Shown here piece by piece: positions 9,501-17,707 of a stretch of DNA of 64,000 nucleotides. The notes below the pieces were generated by a model that was given only the letters and a program-made list of their open reading frames with translations, did not search any database and was not told where the DNA came from. The stretch's first letter is position 1; every line of letters starts with the position of its first letter. The stretch is from assembly GCA_963754925.1 (NCBI GenBank), contig CAVWHX010000004.1:1024001-1088000 (forward strand). The letters are read 5' to 3'. Source of the stretch: an uncultured delta proteobacterium (GTDB taxonomy: Bacteria > Myxococcota > B64-G9). The position numbers and the translations under genes were made by a program.

Positions 9501-11077
9501 GCCAACCGTAGATGAATTTCAAGCGCCAGCGATTGATTGGCGGCCGCTTTGGCGGCCTCGGCCGTATGCGCCAGGGCTCGGGCCGCCCGCATCGGCTCAT
9601 CTAACCGACAAAAGACCTCGGCCAGTAATTGCCAGCCCCGGAGACTTCCCGGATCGTGAAGGAGGGCTATCTCCAGGTTTCGCTGGGCGCGTTTCAGGTC
9701 GGAACAGTGCTCGAGGTAGAGGGCCCCGACGCGAACGTGGCACTGCGCGAGCTCCAAAGCGTCTTTCACTCGTCCCGCGAGTCTCAAGTTCATGCGCAAC
9801 GCGCGGTAGGTGAGCTTTTGCTGGGTGTACAGTTCGATTAGGTTGCGCATGGCCTCTTGGTTGTCCGGTGCCAACCGTAACACCTTCTCCAGATCGGCGA
9901 TGGCTGCGTTCGGATCCCCCGCAGCCAGGAGCGCACCGGCCTTGAGATACGCGAGAACGGCATCCGCTCCTTCCCCAATTTTTTCACAGACCTCTCCGAC
10001 CTGTTCGAAAGCTCGCCCAGCGGCCGAGTCCTTGCGGCGCTCGAGAAGCACCGCCCGCGTCAACAATGCGAAGACGTTGTCCGGCAAGCTGGTTAGGGCC
10101 TCGCGCACCAAATCCTCAACCTCTTCAGCGCGCTCGGGTCGGCTGAGCCCAATCTCCAGCAGACGTTGAATTTTAACCGGATGGACGGGTTCGATCAGTG
10201 CGCCCTGCCCAAGGTACAGTTGGTGTGCACGGTCGATGTGGCCTTCCTGCAGCGCCTTCTCGGCGTCACGGAACGCCAGGCAGCCATCCCGGAAGATCAA
10301 CGCCCGCCGTTCATAGTTCGTCGCAGCGGCTGTGCCAATCGGGCTTTTAGGGTATGGCTCCGGCAACTCATCTCGAAAGCGCGCGCAACAGAGACGCAAC
10401 CGTCCGCCTTCAATCTCGAGTCGGTTAATCTGCAATCCAGACAGATCAGGGATCTTCCAGCCGTGTCTCGGCAGCAGCTGGCGCAGCAGCGCCCGCACCG
10501 GATGGCAACTAAAAATAAATCCGTCCGTGAGCTCAATCCCCAGAGGAGTAAGACTCCGGGCGAGCGGCAAGAGCAGGTGACTGACCGGAAATGGCAGCGC
10601 GCCAAACGCTCGGAGATCAAAAACAATCGCGCGGACAGCCAGATCGGGGCCTTCTTCAATGGTAAATCTCGCGGTGAAGGGGACCGTGCTATTACCCTGG
10701 CGGGTGTTCGCGCTCAACCACCCAATGCCCTTCTCAAGGGTTAGCGTTAGCCCTTCCCAACCGGCAGTTGCTTGGGCCAGGCGCTGTCGTAGGATTTCCG
10801 CCAGGGTATCTTGGGGCAGAACCAACACCAGAGTCCGCAATCGGCAACGGTGGTGGCAAAACTGCTCGGCGCCGCCGGTTACATCAAAAGGAAAGGACAC
10901 CTCGGGAACATCGAGCTCCAGCCGTTCGATCAGCAACCCGCCCGGCAGTTCGCGCCTGCTCAACGTTACCAAGGCCGCATTTTTTTGAAACTCGAGCGAA
11001 AAACCCAACGAATTACCGCCAGGCTTCCGCACACCCTTCAATGGAGAAAGGTTGCCGAGCTCATCCGCCATGTACAT
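3569..11077 (-). CDS. giant tetratricopeptide-repeat protein (2502 aa), myxobacterial type
   Basis: Uninterrupted 7.5-kb ORF with dozens of TPR-like helical repeats (e.g. AIEAFSELLEHQP, ALRLDPTNRAY) and a C-terminal ADRVGLLACGD motif seen in myxobacterial TPR proteins. Confidence 0.85.
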   Translation of the reverse strand: MYMADELGNLSPLKGVRKPGGNSLGFSLEFQKNAALVTLSRRELPGGLLIERLELDVPEVSFPFDVTGGAEQFCHHRCRLRTLVLVLPQDTLAEILRQRLAQATAGWEGLTLTLEKGIGWLSANTRQGNSTVPFTARFTIEEGPDLAVRAIVFDLRAFGALPFPVSHLLLPLARSLTPLGIELTDGFIFSCHPVRALLRQLLPRHGWKIPDLSGLQINRLEIEGGRLRLCCARFRDELPEPYPKSPIGTAAATNYERRALIFRDGCLAFRDAEKALQEGHIDRAHQLYLGQGALIEPVHPVKIQRLLEIGLSRPERAEEVEDLVREALTSLPDNVFALLTRAVLLERRKDSAAGRAFEQVGEVCEKIGEGADAVLAYLKAGALLAAGDPNAAIADLEKVLRLAPDNQEAMRNLIELYTQQKLTYRALRMNLRLAGRVKDALELAQCHVRVGALYLEHCSDLKRAQRNLEIALLHDPGSLRGWQLLAEVFCRLDEPMRAARALAHTAEAAKAAANQSLALEIHLRLAQLWDEQLVDPANALLHYEQVLTAQPNHPQALFKVGVLAETLQQTDRAIEAFSELLEHQPLSSQLPLDLLKSANQRLARIYLNRPEGYGEARLCLTRYLELEPNDIEAWRDLERIERAEQSWPEVVRALCREAPLLVDPATASAVLLEAAQIAQQHLNDQERAQQVLRRALTLTPDSNAVLTQLARILREERRFDELVEVCARCAATEPDPQRQAAWLFERGRLLCEQLSNTQAGALDIAAALRLDPTNRAYAQHLLQIYRDEDRVDELVQLIATLDFSSWEVDEQVSSWMERAQLLGEQPAQSAEAIRSYHTALALAPSLLPAHRALADLHRHNHEWAQAKEALDQVLTLGSNELPASDLAIAHRQQAQVALELGDTTGAIDHLQAVMRTLPEDDETLSLLPMLLQQELRFEELAEFYTRRAEREQGEAAAALHMAAADLFGERLGQLEPAALHYQQAVAMAPDSLEAPTRLAALQRAYARVSRWDDVARVIRQHIELTSAAERIPMHMALAGILSLRLNDPEGAALQWEEALTVDPYYRPALLLLTRYRINHGQYRDALALGTRIQASPLPGPPLRREHQASLALDLARAAWAEQQREVAAQHYLAYLELESPQRIDGIEPEVFERLELTLSEHQRYQDLELLYRRWLDSTVLLERHPEIRRIRANLLFEFLDQPDQAIAVLEEQVQMQPDDQRAVDDLLHILRSTQGWSHLAQVLEDQWQQASYDGEKISRLAELADLCQNTLNRPEQAVLHYRELYERGHTPAAQHLLRLYRQLGMQRELADLLEQCAAADADSSTAVPLLHELGQVACDQLDDRSLALQAFQKEYTFAPSVELRDNILALLRENGDPEPLDKFLAACIVETEDTQERRNLLLEHAEVCLSRLDRTEEGVASLAEALAIAPDEALATRLFALYEQQENWQSAAQVQELLIQGAQDPAAQAQHWHQLGRLAHQRLAQPDRAAQAFSQAVNLAPERDEYWHDWLVLLEEQQSWQELANALVCRAQAAGATPQAKDYLSAAVDVAAQRLTDVAARNQILEQIVDRFQNLEDDDGAAKALSALLEQCDAGATAALSLRLGQLLLRADRLDEALVAFERARSADPSLRSAYQQLVQLQVKRDDQRALAQLMFDWAESPAALDEAAALYRQAANGFAALGDLPVAIEAIGKAITIEPDQIELYQSLGTWLSREGRFEELFETLQKQRELLNEREQQVAISFEMGRVCREHLHDQDRAAVNFEQCLSLEPNHPGALQALADIRYAQHDWKETAALDERLGDRVPSERQFVVEFRRGELAEQAQQPEEAIAHYQAAIASNPTFTPVRQRLISVLHSHGRHEEEIQNLKELISILPQDGFEDLAPALQRELGHAQRRLLRFDEAAQTFLAAHQAAPNDVETIRLLKDFYSSQSRWPEAIEFMQKELEHEPTADGAAERWCLLGDWCQLHTKDIEQAKRAYREALRLNAHLIEAHWKLWNLICQTTAGAELEQEAERLLKLPLELSHQLTIHHKIGQALIEAGEPLKALAHFEQIISLDPSKAEHYERAAGVAELAHCTLRQAELLETALGLRKKTSLTDESHFERLLKLAQLYHEQLRDPLRAIPFLKQAYQLRPHHGDLLPQLGALCAKSFETLPEAIEIFRKLLNAKPLAAAHYRILGQLEAARGEADRAAGYFTGLQILSPDDPEASRTIKHFGLAALPKRPLKASEWDQVILHTDADCLLQRILMVLAPYLEQLFAANFERFGFTRAADMPSVLPAVADMAEQAQLLISCRPCAMLVAPESTYQAFVESGEQPTILLSSRVVELSRDAELLFLISREVAKVAMGCVLLFKFSRMDLLQLFALLVRLACPEIEAPLLLPPSAPEYLEAIRGTIPAEALELTIPLIRRYAYDPQSHDFERWMTGVRRTADRVGLLACGDLNAALSVMTRFSSVAIGQEFKDIANRAALLERDADMLSLFNFAFSERYLSLRAAIITAEKS

Positions 11078-11219
11078 CCCTTATTGCAGGCTTACAGTCT
11101 CTTACCCATCGTACACTAGGAATACTATGAAGCTGACCGCACGTATGGTCAAGTTTTAACATGGATTATTAGATAGGGCCGGAAGTCCGTAATCGGGATA
11201 AACAGCGGATGAAAACGGT

Positions 11220-11248
11220 TTGACTATGCTTTCTAAGCATGTTAAGAA
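11220..11248 (+). promoter_or_regulatory. candidate sigma70 promoter with a palindrome in the spacer
   Basis: TTGACT-17 nt-TAAGAA with a TG extension; the spacer contains ATGCTT-tct-AAGCAT. Confidence 0.35.
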
Positions 11249-11259
11249 CCTAACGAGGA

Positions 11260-11423
11260 TAGGAGATTCTTGCCGAGCAACGCGAGGCTTAGAATCTCTT
11301 ACCCCTTTAGGGGTAAGAATCCGTCCAGAGGATAAAGAGTTGTAAGCTTACTTCGTTCGCAAGAGTCTCTAACCCCCTTCGGGGATAAGAGACCGTAACT
11401 CGCTTCGCTCGTAACAGTCTCTA
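11260..11423. repeat. tandem-hairpin intergenic element, copy 1 of a family also present at 16206-16300
   Basis: GAGATTCT...AGAATCTC stem, TCTTACCCC-ttta-GGGGTAAGA hairpin, GTCTCT..CCCC-ttc-GGGG..AGAGAC hairpin, CTCGCTTCGCTCG motif. Confidence 0.65.
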
Positions 11424-11441
11424 AATTTCTTGAGGAGTTTA

Positions 11442-11729
11442 TTGGAGTTTCTTCTAGACAATAGTTCAATTCGACGGTTGCTGGTGTTATTCGGTGTGGT
11501 GCTCGCGCTCTACGCCGGGTACTTTGTGGTAGTATTTCTGTCTAATCAAGCGATGTTACGCTTAAGAGGGAGAAAAAAGAATACGCACCGTTTTTCTGGC
11601 GCCGGTAATGAACAAAACTATCAGGTTGCAAGCCTACTCAATCAGCCCGGCGTGGTAATGGGGATTCTGCTAGCGGCGGTGGTCGGACTTTTTGGCTTGT
11701 TGTTATGGATGACACAAGTTTCCTGCTGA
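11442..11729 (+). CDS. small membrane protein with two transmembrane helices, unknown function
   Basis: GAGGAG RBS before a TTG at 11442; two hydrophobic segments separated by a basic loop. Confidence 0.55.
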   Translation: MEFLLDNSSIRRLLVLFGVVLALYAGYFVVVFLSNQAMLRLRGRKKNTHRFSGAGNEQNYQVASLLNQPGVVMGILLAAVVGLFGLLLWMTQVSC

Positions 11730-11772
11730 CAACCGGTTGATCAGACACAAGGGACGACAAGGAGAACAATTC

Positions 11773-12294
11773 ATGAGCGCAGATAGCTATCGATTAGTGA
11801 TACTGTTCGACAGTGAAAAGAAAAAATTCATCGCCCGAATACCGGAGCTTCCGGATCTGCAGGTTGAGGGCGAAAATCGCGCCGAAGCGGTTTCTAGAAT
11901 TGAAGAGGCTCTTGAAGAAGCATTTCGTAAAGCCGCTTCGGATGGCAGGGAAATGCCCGCACCTATCGATCAGACGGAATTTACCGGGGAGCTGACACTC
12001 AAGGTGACGCCAACGCTGCACCGGGACTTGGCGTTTCTAGCTCGTCACGAGGGCGTTGATCTCAATCAGCTCGTCAGTGAATTACTCTCGGCAAGTGTCG
12101 CGGGTCGGGCCGTTCCTCGGACCGGAGGACACCGTCGCGACGAGCGTCGAGAAGGCAACGATCGCCGGCGCCCGCCGCGCGGCCAGGACTATTTCAATAT
12201 TATGGAAGACAAAGCGAGTTTCATCGACTACGTCCGCAAGCTCGATTCTGGGGGCGGGCCAAACCGACGCGGGGGCCGTGGGCGCGACCGATGA
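11773..12294 (+). CDS. HicB-family protein with RHH domain and Arg/Gly-rich C-terminal extension
   Basis: FIARIPELPDLQVEGENRAEAV (HicB fold), FTGELTLKVTPTLHRDLAFLARHEGVDLNQLV (RHH); GGAG RBS before ATG 11773. Confidence 0.8.
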   Translation: MSADSYRLVILFDSEKKKFIARIPELPDLQVEGENRAEAVSRIEEALEEAFRKAASDGREMPAPIDQTEFTGELTLKVTPTLHRDLAFLARHEGVDLNQLVSELLSASVAGRAVPRTGGHRRDERREGNDRRRPPRGQDYFNIMEDKASFIDYVRKLDSGGGPNRRGGRGRDR

Positions 12295-12301
12295 AGGAGT
12301 G

Positions 12302-12988
12302 CTACTTCTCTCCCCACACGGCCGATGCGCGAATTTCCGCTATTGACGTATCGTCAAACTGACCCTTGTAGACATCCTGGAGAATCAGCACGCCGACGTA
12401 TAGGGTGCGCGTCTCGATCGCCAATTCGGGAAGCCGGACGGGGATTTTCCGCTGCACCGGGGTGTTCTTATCCTTGAACGCGAAATCAACCCGCGAAAGC
12501 CACTTAAACGTCGGGTTGTATTCACCGTCTTCCTGTTTGAGCCTAACTAAATATACATCGACCACAACGGTTTTGGGTCGGTTGAAGTTTTCAAACTGTT
12601 CCTTGCCTGCGCCCGGAATGATTTCAATATGGGTGCTTTCGTCCGGAATGTGAAACACGATCCATTCATCTTTGCCCGGTCCCTTGGCTCCTTCGGCCCA
12701 GAATGTTTCCGGATTCCCATCGAATGCTTTCTCAACACTGTAGTACTCTTCCCCACGACCTTTTTCCACCAGGGTCGACGAGGCCACCGGAACACGCTCA
12801 TCCTTGGCAAGCTTCTTGAGGGCCTCAACGAAATCTTTCTTTGGGATTATTCTCGGTTCGTTGCTGGTCTCTGCTGTTTTCTTCTGAGGTGCGACCTTCG
12901 CAGGTTTTTGGGCACCAGACACCTTTCCGCTCAGAAACAGCCCCATTACCAAGAGTAGATAGGCAATTCTTGTCGATGACTGAATCAT
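12302..12988 (-). CDS. secreted protein with discoidin-like / NADase-type glycan-binding domain
   Basis: Signal peptide; AFDGNPETFWAEG..G.GKDEWI, IEIIPG, NRPK, DVYKG..DDTSIAEI; GGAGGAG RBS before ATG 12988. Confidence 0.7.
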   Translation of the reverse strand: MIQSSTRIAYLLLVMGLFLSGKVSGAQKPAKVAPQKKTAETSNEPRIIPKKDFVEALKKLAKDERVPVASSTLVEKGRGEEYYSVEKAFDGNPETFWAEGAKGPGKDEWIVFHIPDESTHIEIIPGAGKEQFENFNRPKTVVVDVYLVRLKQEDGEYNPTFKWLSRVDFAFKDKNTPVQRKIPVRLPELAIETRTLYVGVLILQDVYKGQFDDTSIAEIRASAVWGEK

Positions 12989-13005
12989 TATACTCCTCCC
13001 CGTGC

Positions 13006-13485
13006 TCACGGGTGTTTTAAGAAATCCCGCTCGAAGAGGCCATGGTTGCACTCTATGCGCAGCGTTTGTACTACTAGTTTTGCACTTGGTGGGTGTCTTA
13101 GGCGATCCGAAAATGCCGACAAGAAGAAGGGCATTTTCTTGCCGGCGCCAAGGGATGGATGGTGCGCGGTGTAGGTATGATTAAGGATGAGGTTAATATC
13201 TTTCCATTCATTGGTGCTCAAATTTGACACCAAAAAGAACCGCCCACCAATAATCTCGGCTTTACTGAGCGTCACCTCGGCATCGATCTGGTTGAGCTCT
13301 CCTCCCGGAATAAAGATGACGAGGGTAAGTACTGCTATCACCGCATATCCAGCAATCACAGCGGTTTTGTACTTGAAGTATTTATCGGACTTGCGGAAGT
13401 CTTCTATGAGTTGTATAGCAAATGAGCGAGCTAATCCCCACAAATCCAATAGGTTAGCCAGTATCGAATCAAAAAAGTCCTTCAT
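13006..13485 (-). CDS. hypothetical membrane-anchored protein
   Basis: 159-aa ORF with GAGGA RBS and one transmembrane helix; co-oriented with its neighbours. Confidence 0.65.
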   Translation of the reverse strand: MKDFFDSILANLLDLWGLARSFAIQLIEDFRKSDKYFKYKTAVIAGYAVIAVLTLVIFIPGGELNQIDAEVTLSKAEIIGGRFFLVSNLSTNEWKDINLILNHTYTAHHPSLGAGKKMPFFLSAFSDRLRHPPSAKLVVQTLRIECNHGLFERDFLKHP

Positions 13486-13530
13486 GGATTAGTCCTCAAC
13501 CCTGGATCGTAAATAGTTTGCTTCCGCGTA

Positions 13531-14169
13531 TCAAGAGCCAGACAGAAAACCAGCGTTGTTCAGATATTCGATCACGTGCGGGTTGCCCCACGGTTTCGGC
13601 CCAATAAATTTGGCGCGCACCCTTCCCCTGGGGTTTATCCAGTAGCTCTCAGGATACTGGTATGTGCCAAATTGGCGTGCCGCATGCTCACCGGCGTCGA
13701 GCAGAACAAGAACATTGGGTTCTTTTCCCTGCAACATTTGTCCCACCGCTGCTAGGCCGACATGGGGCTGACTGACCCCGGCCTGCGTCAGTTCGCTGGC
13801 GAGGTTTCTGATTGCGTCGAACGATTCATCCACGCTCACCAACCACAGCTGCGCTCGACCCCGCACCGTTTGGGCGAACGCCAATAGTTGAGGCAGTTCT
13901 TGTAAACAGGGACTGCACCAGGTGGCCCATACATTGAGCAGTATCGGTTGGTCGCTCTTTTTGGAAAGCTTCACTGACCGGCCGTCGATGCTCGGAAGAA
14001 CAAGATCTGGCGCAGAGAAGTCCGTAGGTTGCAGATCGAGCAGATTGAGATCCTGGTTTGTGGGGGCGTTCTGGCAATCAGATACCCGCCGAGCAATCGT
14101 CAATGACACGAGAAGCACGGCCAATAACGCGAACGCTACGTGCGCCCAGCGGTTCAATGATTCCCCCAC
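13531..14169 (-). CDS. TlpA/ResA-family thiol:disulfide oxidoreductase
   Basis: N-terminal membrane anchor, LLNVWATWCSPCLQELP, FGTYQYPESYWI. Confidence 0.88.
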   Translation of the reverse strand: MGESLNRWAHVAFALLAVLLVSLTIARRVSDCQNAPTNQDLNLLDLQPTDFSAPDLVLPSIDGRSVKLSKKSDQPILLNVWATWCSPCLQELPQLLAFAQTVRGRAQLWLVSVDESFDAIRNLASELTQAGVSQPHVGLAAVGQMLQGKEPNVLVLLDAGEHAARQFGTYQYPESYWINPRGRVRAKFIGPKPWGNPHVIEYLNNAGFLSGS

Positions 14170-15342
14170 ATGGGTATCAGGGTCTGCGCTAAACGGTGCC
14201 CCGCGGCGCCAGCCTCAAGCACCTCGCCGAGATCATGCGGTTTATGGGATTGGTAGGTCTCCGCCACCGCGCTGAGAATCTCGACGATCTGCGTGAAAAC
14301 GGATGCGCCCGGCCAAAAACGCTTCAACCACCGCTTCATCGGCCGCCGCAAGCGCGGCCGGAAGTGTCCCGCCAACCTCCAACGCATGACGACACAGTAG
14401 CAGCGCCGGAAAGGCTCGATGATCTGGTTCGCGAAAGGTCAGACACCCGAGCGTGGCGAGGTCAAGCCGCCCGAAGTTGGGCAGGCGCCCGGGAAGTTCC
14501 AGGCGCTCCGGAAAGCCCAGTGCGTAGGCGATCGGCCCGCGCATGTCCGGAATTCCGAGTTGGGCTAGTACCGATCCATCCTGCAACTCGACCATGGCAT
14601 GCACCACGCTCTCGGGATGGATGACGACCCGTATGCGATTGGGCGGCAGATCAAAAAGCCAGTGAGCCTCGATTACCTCAAAACCTTTATTCATAAGGGT
14701 TGCGCTATCAATCGTTATTTTCGCCCCCATTTCCCATTTTGGATGTGCCAATGCTTCGGCCGCGTCGACGTCACGCAATTGATCCGGCCTCCGGCCGAGG
14801 AGTGGCCCGCCCGAAGCGGTAAGAATCAAACTGTGGATCTTCCCCGGTTCAATCCCGGCAACGGCTTGGTGGATACCGGCATGTTCGGAGTCGACGGGCA
14901 GGATCGTGGCCTTGCGCTCCTTTGCCACCCGCATGATCAATTCGCCGGCCATGACCAACGATTCCTTGCTGGCGAGTGCTACGCGTTTACCGGCGGCAAC
15001 GGCCGCGTAGGTGGGTGCCAATCCAGCCTGACCAACAATCGCGGCCACGACCAGATCTACGTCGGGATGAGATGCCAGGGCTTCTAATCCGGCCTGCCCG
15101 GTGGCGATCGTATGAGACGGCAGGTTGAGTCGATCGGCGAGCTCGACCGCGGCCCGGTGATCTCCCATGGCCACAAACTGAGGACGATGGCGCTGCGCAA
15201 GCTCAGCCAGCGCGGCGGCGTTGCTTCCAGCGGAGAGAGCCACGACTTGGAACTTCTCGGGGAAGGCCGCGATGACATCCAGCGCTTGTCGGCCCACCGA
15301 GCCGGTCGCGCCCAATATGCCAATGCGGAGCATCCGGTTCAT
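14154..15342 (-). CDS. dxr: 1-deoxy-D-xylulose 5-phosphate reductoisomerase, with an apparent +1 frameshift near the 3' end
   Basis: ILGATGSVG, LPVDSEH, LTASGGP, HPKWEMGAKITIDSATLMNKGFEVIEA. Removing one base of the A4 run at 14296-14299 joins ...GRIRF to TQIVEILSAVAETYQS...MWGNH*, which resembles the usual Dxr C-terminus. Confidence 0.92.
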
Positions 15343-15343
15343 G

Positions 15344-16105
15344 TCACCTCCGTGCTACCGCGGTTTGCTCACTGGTCAAACCAAAACGCCGTTTGCGCCC
15401 CTGGTAGTCGGCAAGCGCTGCAAAAAACTCTGCCTGTCCGAAATCGGGCCATAAGACATCCGAAAAATAGAGCTCGGCGTACGCACCTTGCCACAAGAGG
15501 AAGTTCGAAATGCGTCTCTCACCGCCGGTCCGGATGATCAAGTCCGGATCGGGCAAGCCGCGGGTGAACAGAGTGTTTTGTACCGCGCGCTCGTCGATCG
15601 CTGCCGCTTTAAGTTGTTTCTTGAGCACGCGAACGGCAAGTTTTTGGGCGGCCCGGGCAATCTCATCCCGCGAGCTATAGCTGAGCGCCAAGGCCAGGGT
15701 CATCGAGCGGTTCTTGCGGGTGGCGCGGATTAATGAACGAAGTTTGGAAGCCACATCGGGAGGTGCTCGCCGGAGATCGCCCAGGTGCAACACCCGAATG
15801 TCGCGCTCCATGATCTCGCGCCATTCCTTGGTGATAAACTCAGAAAGCAGCTCCATCAAACTACGAACCTCGACTTCGGGCCGGCCCCAATTTTCCACCG
15901 AGAACGTGTACAAGGTTAGATACGGGATGTTGAGTTTACGACAGAGCCGCACCACCGTCCGCACGGCGCGGCTGCCGGCTCGATGGCCGTCCGAGCGCTC
16001 GAGGCCGCGTTGCTTTGCCCAACGCCCGTTGCCGTCCATTATGACTCCGATGTGGCGCGGCAAACGTTTTGGGTCAAACGGCAATCTACGTTGAGCGCGC
16101 ACCAT
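15344..16105 (-). CDS. uppS: undecaprenyl diphosphate synthase (isoprenyl transferase)
   Basis: HIGVIMDGNGRWA, FSVENWGRP, DPDLIIRTGGERRISNFLLWQ, RRFG. Confidence 0.95.
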   Translation of the reverse strand: MVRAQRRLPFDPKRLPRHIGVIMDGNGRWAKQRGLERSDGHRAGSRAVRTVVRLCRKLNIPYLTLYTFSVENWGRPEVEVRSLMELLSEFITKEWREIMERDIRVLHLGDLRRAPPDVASKLRSLIRATRKNRSMTLALALSYSSRDEIARAAQKLAVRVLKKQLKAAAIDERAVQNTLFTRGLPDPDLIIRTGGERRISNFLLWQGAYAELYFSDVLWPDFGQAEFFAALADYQGRKRRFGLTSEQTAVARR

Positions 16106-16205
16106 CTACCAGACCTCGCCTTCGACAAACTCAACAGACACCACAACCGTTCCTTCCACGAACTGGTTATAGCCCAAAACAGGATTTTAACTGATAATTT
16201 TTTTC

Positions 16206-16300
16206 AGAAACTCTTAACCGAACGAAGTGAGGTTTAGAGTTTCTAGGAAATTCTTGCTTCACACAGTGAAGCTTAGAATTTCCTACCCCGTAGGGGATAG
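16206..16300. repeat. tandem-hairpin intergenic element, copy 2
   Basis: AGAAACTCT...AGAGTTTCT stem; TAGGAAATTCT-tGCTTCAC-aca-GTGAAGC-tt-AGAATTTCCTA; CCCC-gta-GGGG. Confidence 0.65.
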
Positions 16301-16334
16301 AGATGGTGCGGATGGACAGGCTCTTCTCCCCGAA

Positions 16335-16892
16335 TCATACTTCCATAATCTCTTTTTCTTTTGCCGAAAGAATCTCGTCGATCTTCTTGATGGCATCGTC
16401 GGTTTCTTTTTGAACGCGCTCAAGCCCGTGTTTTTTCTCGTCCTCGGAGATTTCAGAGTCGTCCTCGAGCTGTTTAAGCAGCTCGTTACTCTCGCGTCGA
16501 AGATTGCGCATGCGCACCTTGGCATCCTCACCCATGCGGCGCGACATCTTGACCAACTCCTTGCGCCGTTCCTCGGTGAGAGCCGGAATGGGCAAGCGTA
16601 TAACTTCAGCATCGTTTTGGGGGGTTAGGCCGATTTCAGCCAGATTGATGGCCTTGGCAATCTCAATGATCTGTGATTTGTCCCACGGCTTGATGAGGAT
16701 CAGACGGGGGTCAGGAATTGAGATGGTCGCCACCTGATTGAGCGGCACGCGGGCGCCATAATAGGAAACCCGCACCGGATCCAGCACCGCCAGGTTGGCC
16801 CGCCCGGTCCGTATCCTGCCTAACTCCTTTTTGAACGCATCAAGTACCTTGGATTGATCGCCGATGAGACTTTTGAGTACGTCATCCACCAT
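16335..16892 (-). CDS. frr: ribosome recycling factor
   Basis: IRTGRAN, IPALTEERRKELVK, KEKEIMEV; GGAGGAG RBS before ATG 16892. Confidence 0.96.
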   Translation of the reverse strand: MVDDVLKSLIGDQSKVLDAFKKELGRIRTGRANLAVLDPVRVSYYGARVPLNQVATISIPDPRLILIKPWDKSQIIEIAKAINLAEIGLTPQNDAEVIRLPIPALTEERRKELVKMSRRMGEDAKVRMRNLRRESNELLKQLEDDSEISEDEKKHGLERVQKETDDAIKKIDEILSAKEKEIMEV

Positions 16893-16915
16893 AACGTGAC
16901 TCCTCCCCCAAAAAC

Positions 16916-17635
16916 CTACTGGACCACCGTACCAATATCTTCGCCGAGAATAACCTTGCGCGCGTTTTCCGCCGGTAACAATTTGAATACTATAATCGGC
17001 AGGCGGTTGTCCATGCACAGAGAGACCGCAGTTGCATCCATCACTTTTAGATCGCGCTTGAGCACCTCGGCGTACGAGAGCTTTGCGAATCTGCGGGCGC
17101 TGCGATCCTTGAGGGGATCTGAATCGTATACCCCATCGACTCGGGTAGCCTTCAACACCACCTCGGCCTTGAGCTCAATCGCCCGCAAGGCGGCCGCCGT
17201 ATCGGTGGTAAAGTACGGGTTGCCGGTGCCAGCCGCCAGAAGTAGTATCCGCCCCTTTTCAAGGTGACGAATACCGCGTCGACGGATATACGGTTCGCAC
17301 ACCTCGTCGATCGGCAACGCGCTCATCAGGCGGGTGGTGACGCCCGTTTTTTCTAAGCAGTCTTGCAGTGCCATGCAGTTGATAATAGTGGCCAGCATTC
17401 CCATGTAATCGCCCGTGGTGCGATCGATTCCGGCCTCGGCGGCTTTAAGACCACGGATGACGTTGCCACCACCGACCACCAACGTAAGCTCGACGCCCAA
17501 ATCATGTATTTCCTTGAGCTCAACGGCGAGCGCATTGAGCACGGTTGGCGAAAAGGTGTTATCGGTACCCTCGTTCTCGCCACGCAGTGCTTCTCCGGAC
17601 ATTTTTAGTAAAACGCGCTTGTATCGTGGGACCAT
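16916..17635 (-). CDS. pyrH: UMP kinase
   Basis: [42 protein letters not shown]. Confidence 0.96.
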   Translation of the reverse strand: MVPRYKRVLLKMSGEALRGENEGTDNTFSPTVLNALAVELKEIHDLGVELTLVVGGGNVIRGLKAAEAGIDRTTGDYMGMLATIINCMALQDCLEKTGVTTRLMSALPIDEVCEPYIRRRGIRHLEKGRILLLAAGTGNPYFTTDTAAALRAIELKAEVVLKATRVDGVYDSDPLKDRSARRFAKLSYAEVLKRDLKVMDATAVSLCMDNRLPIIVFKLLPAENARKVILGEDIGTVVQ

Positions 17636-17668
17636 GTACCTATCCAGAAGAATTAATTACACCCAATG

Positions 17669-17696
17669 CTGGATCCCCGCTTTCGCGGGGATGACA
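17669..17696. repeat. REP-like palindrome (CTGGATCCCCGCTTTCGCGGGGATGACA)
   Basis: Hairpin ATCCCCGC-tttc-GCGGGGAT followed by GAC; lies between tsf and pyrH. Confidence 0.75.
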
Positions 17697-17707
17697 CAAA
17701 CTGCTAC

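Noticed and set aside
14154..14387. Separate 77-aa gene after dxr
   Set aside because: Its C-terminal half is the frameshifted end of Dxr.
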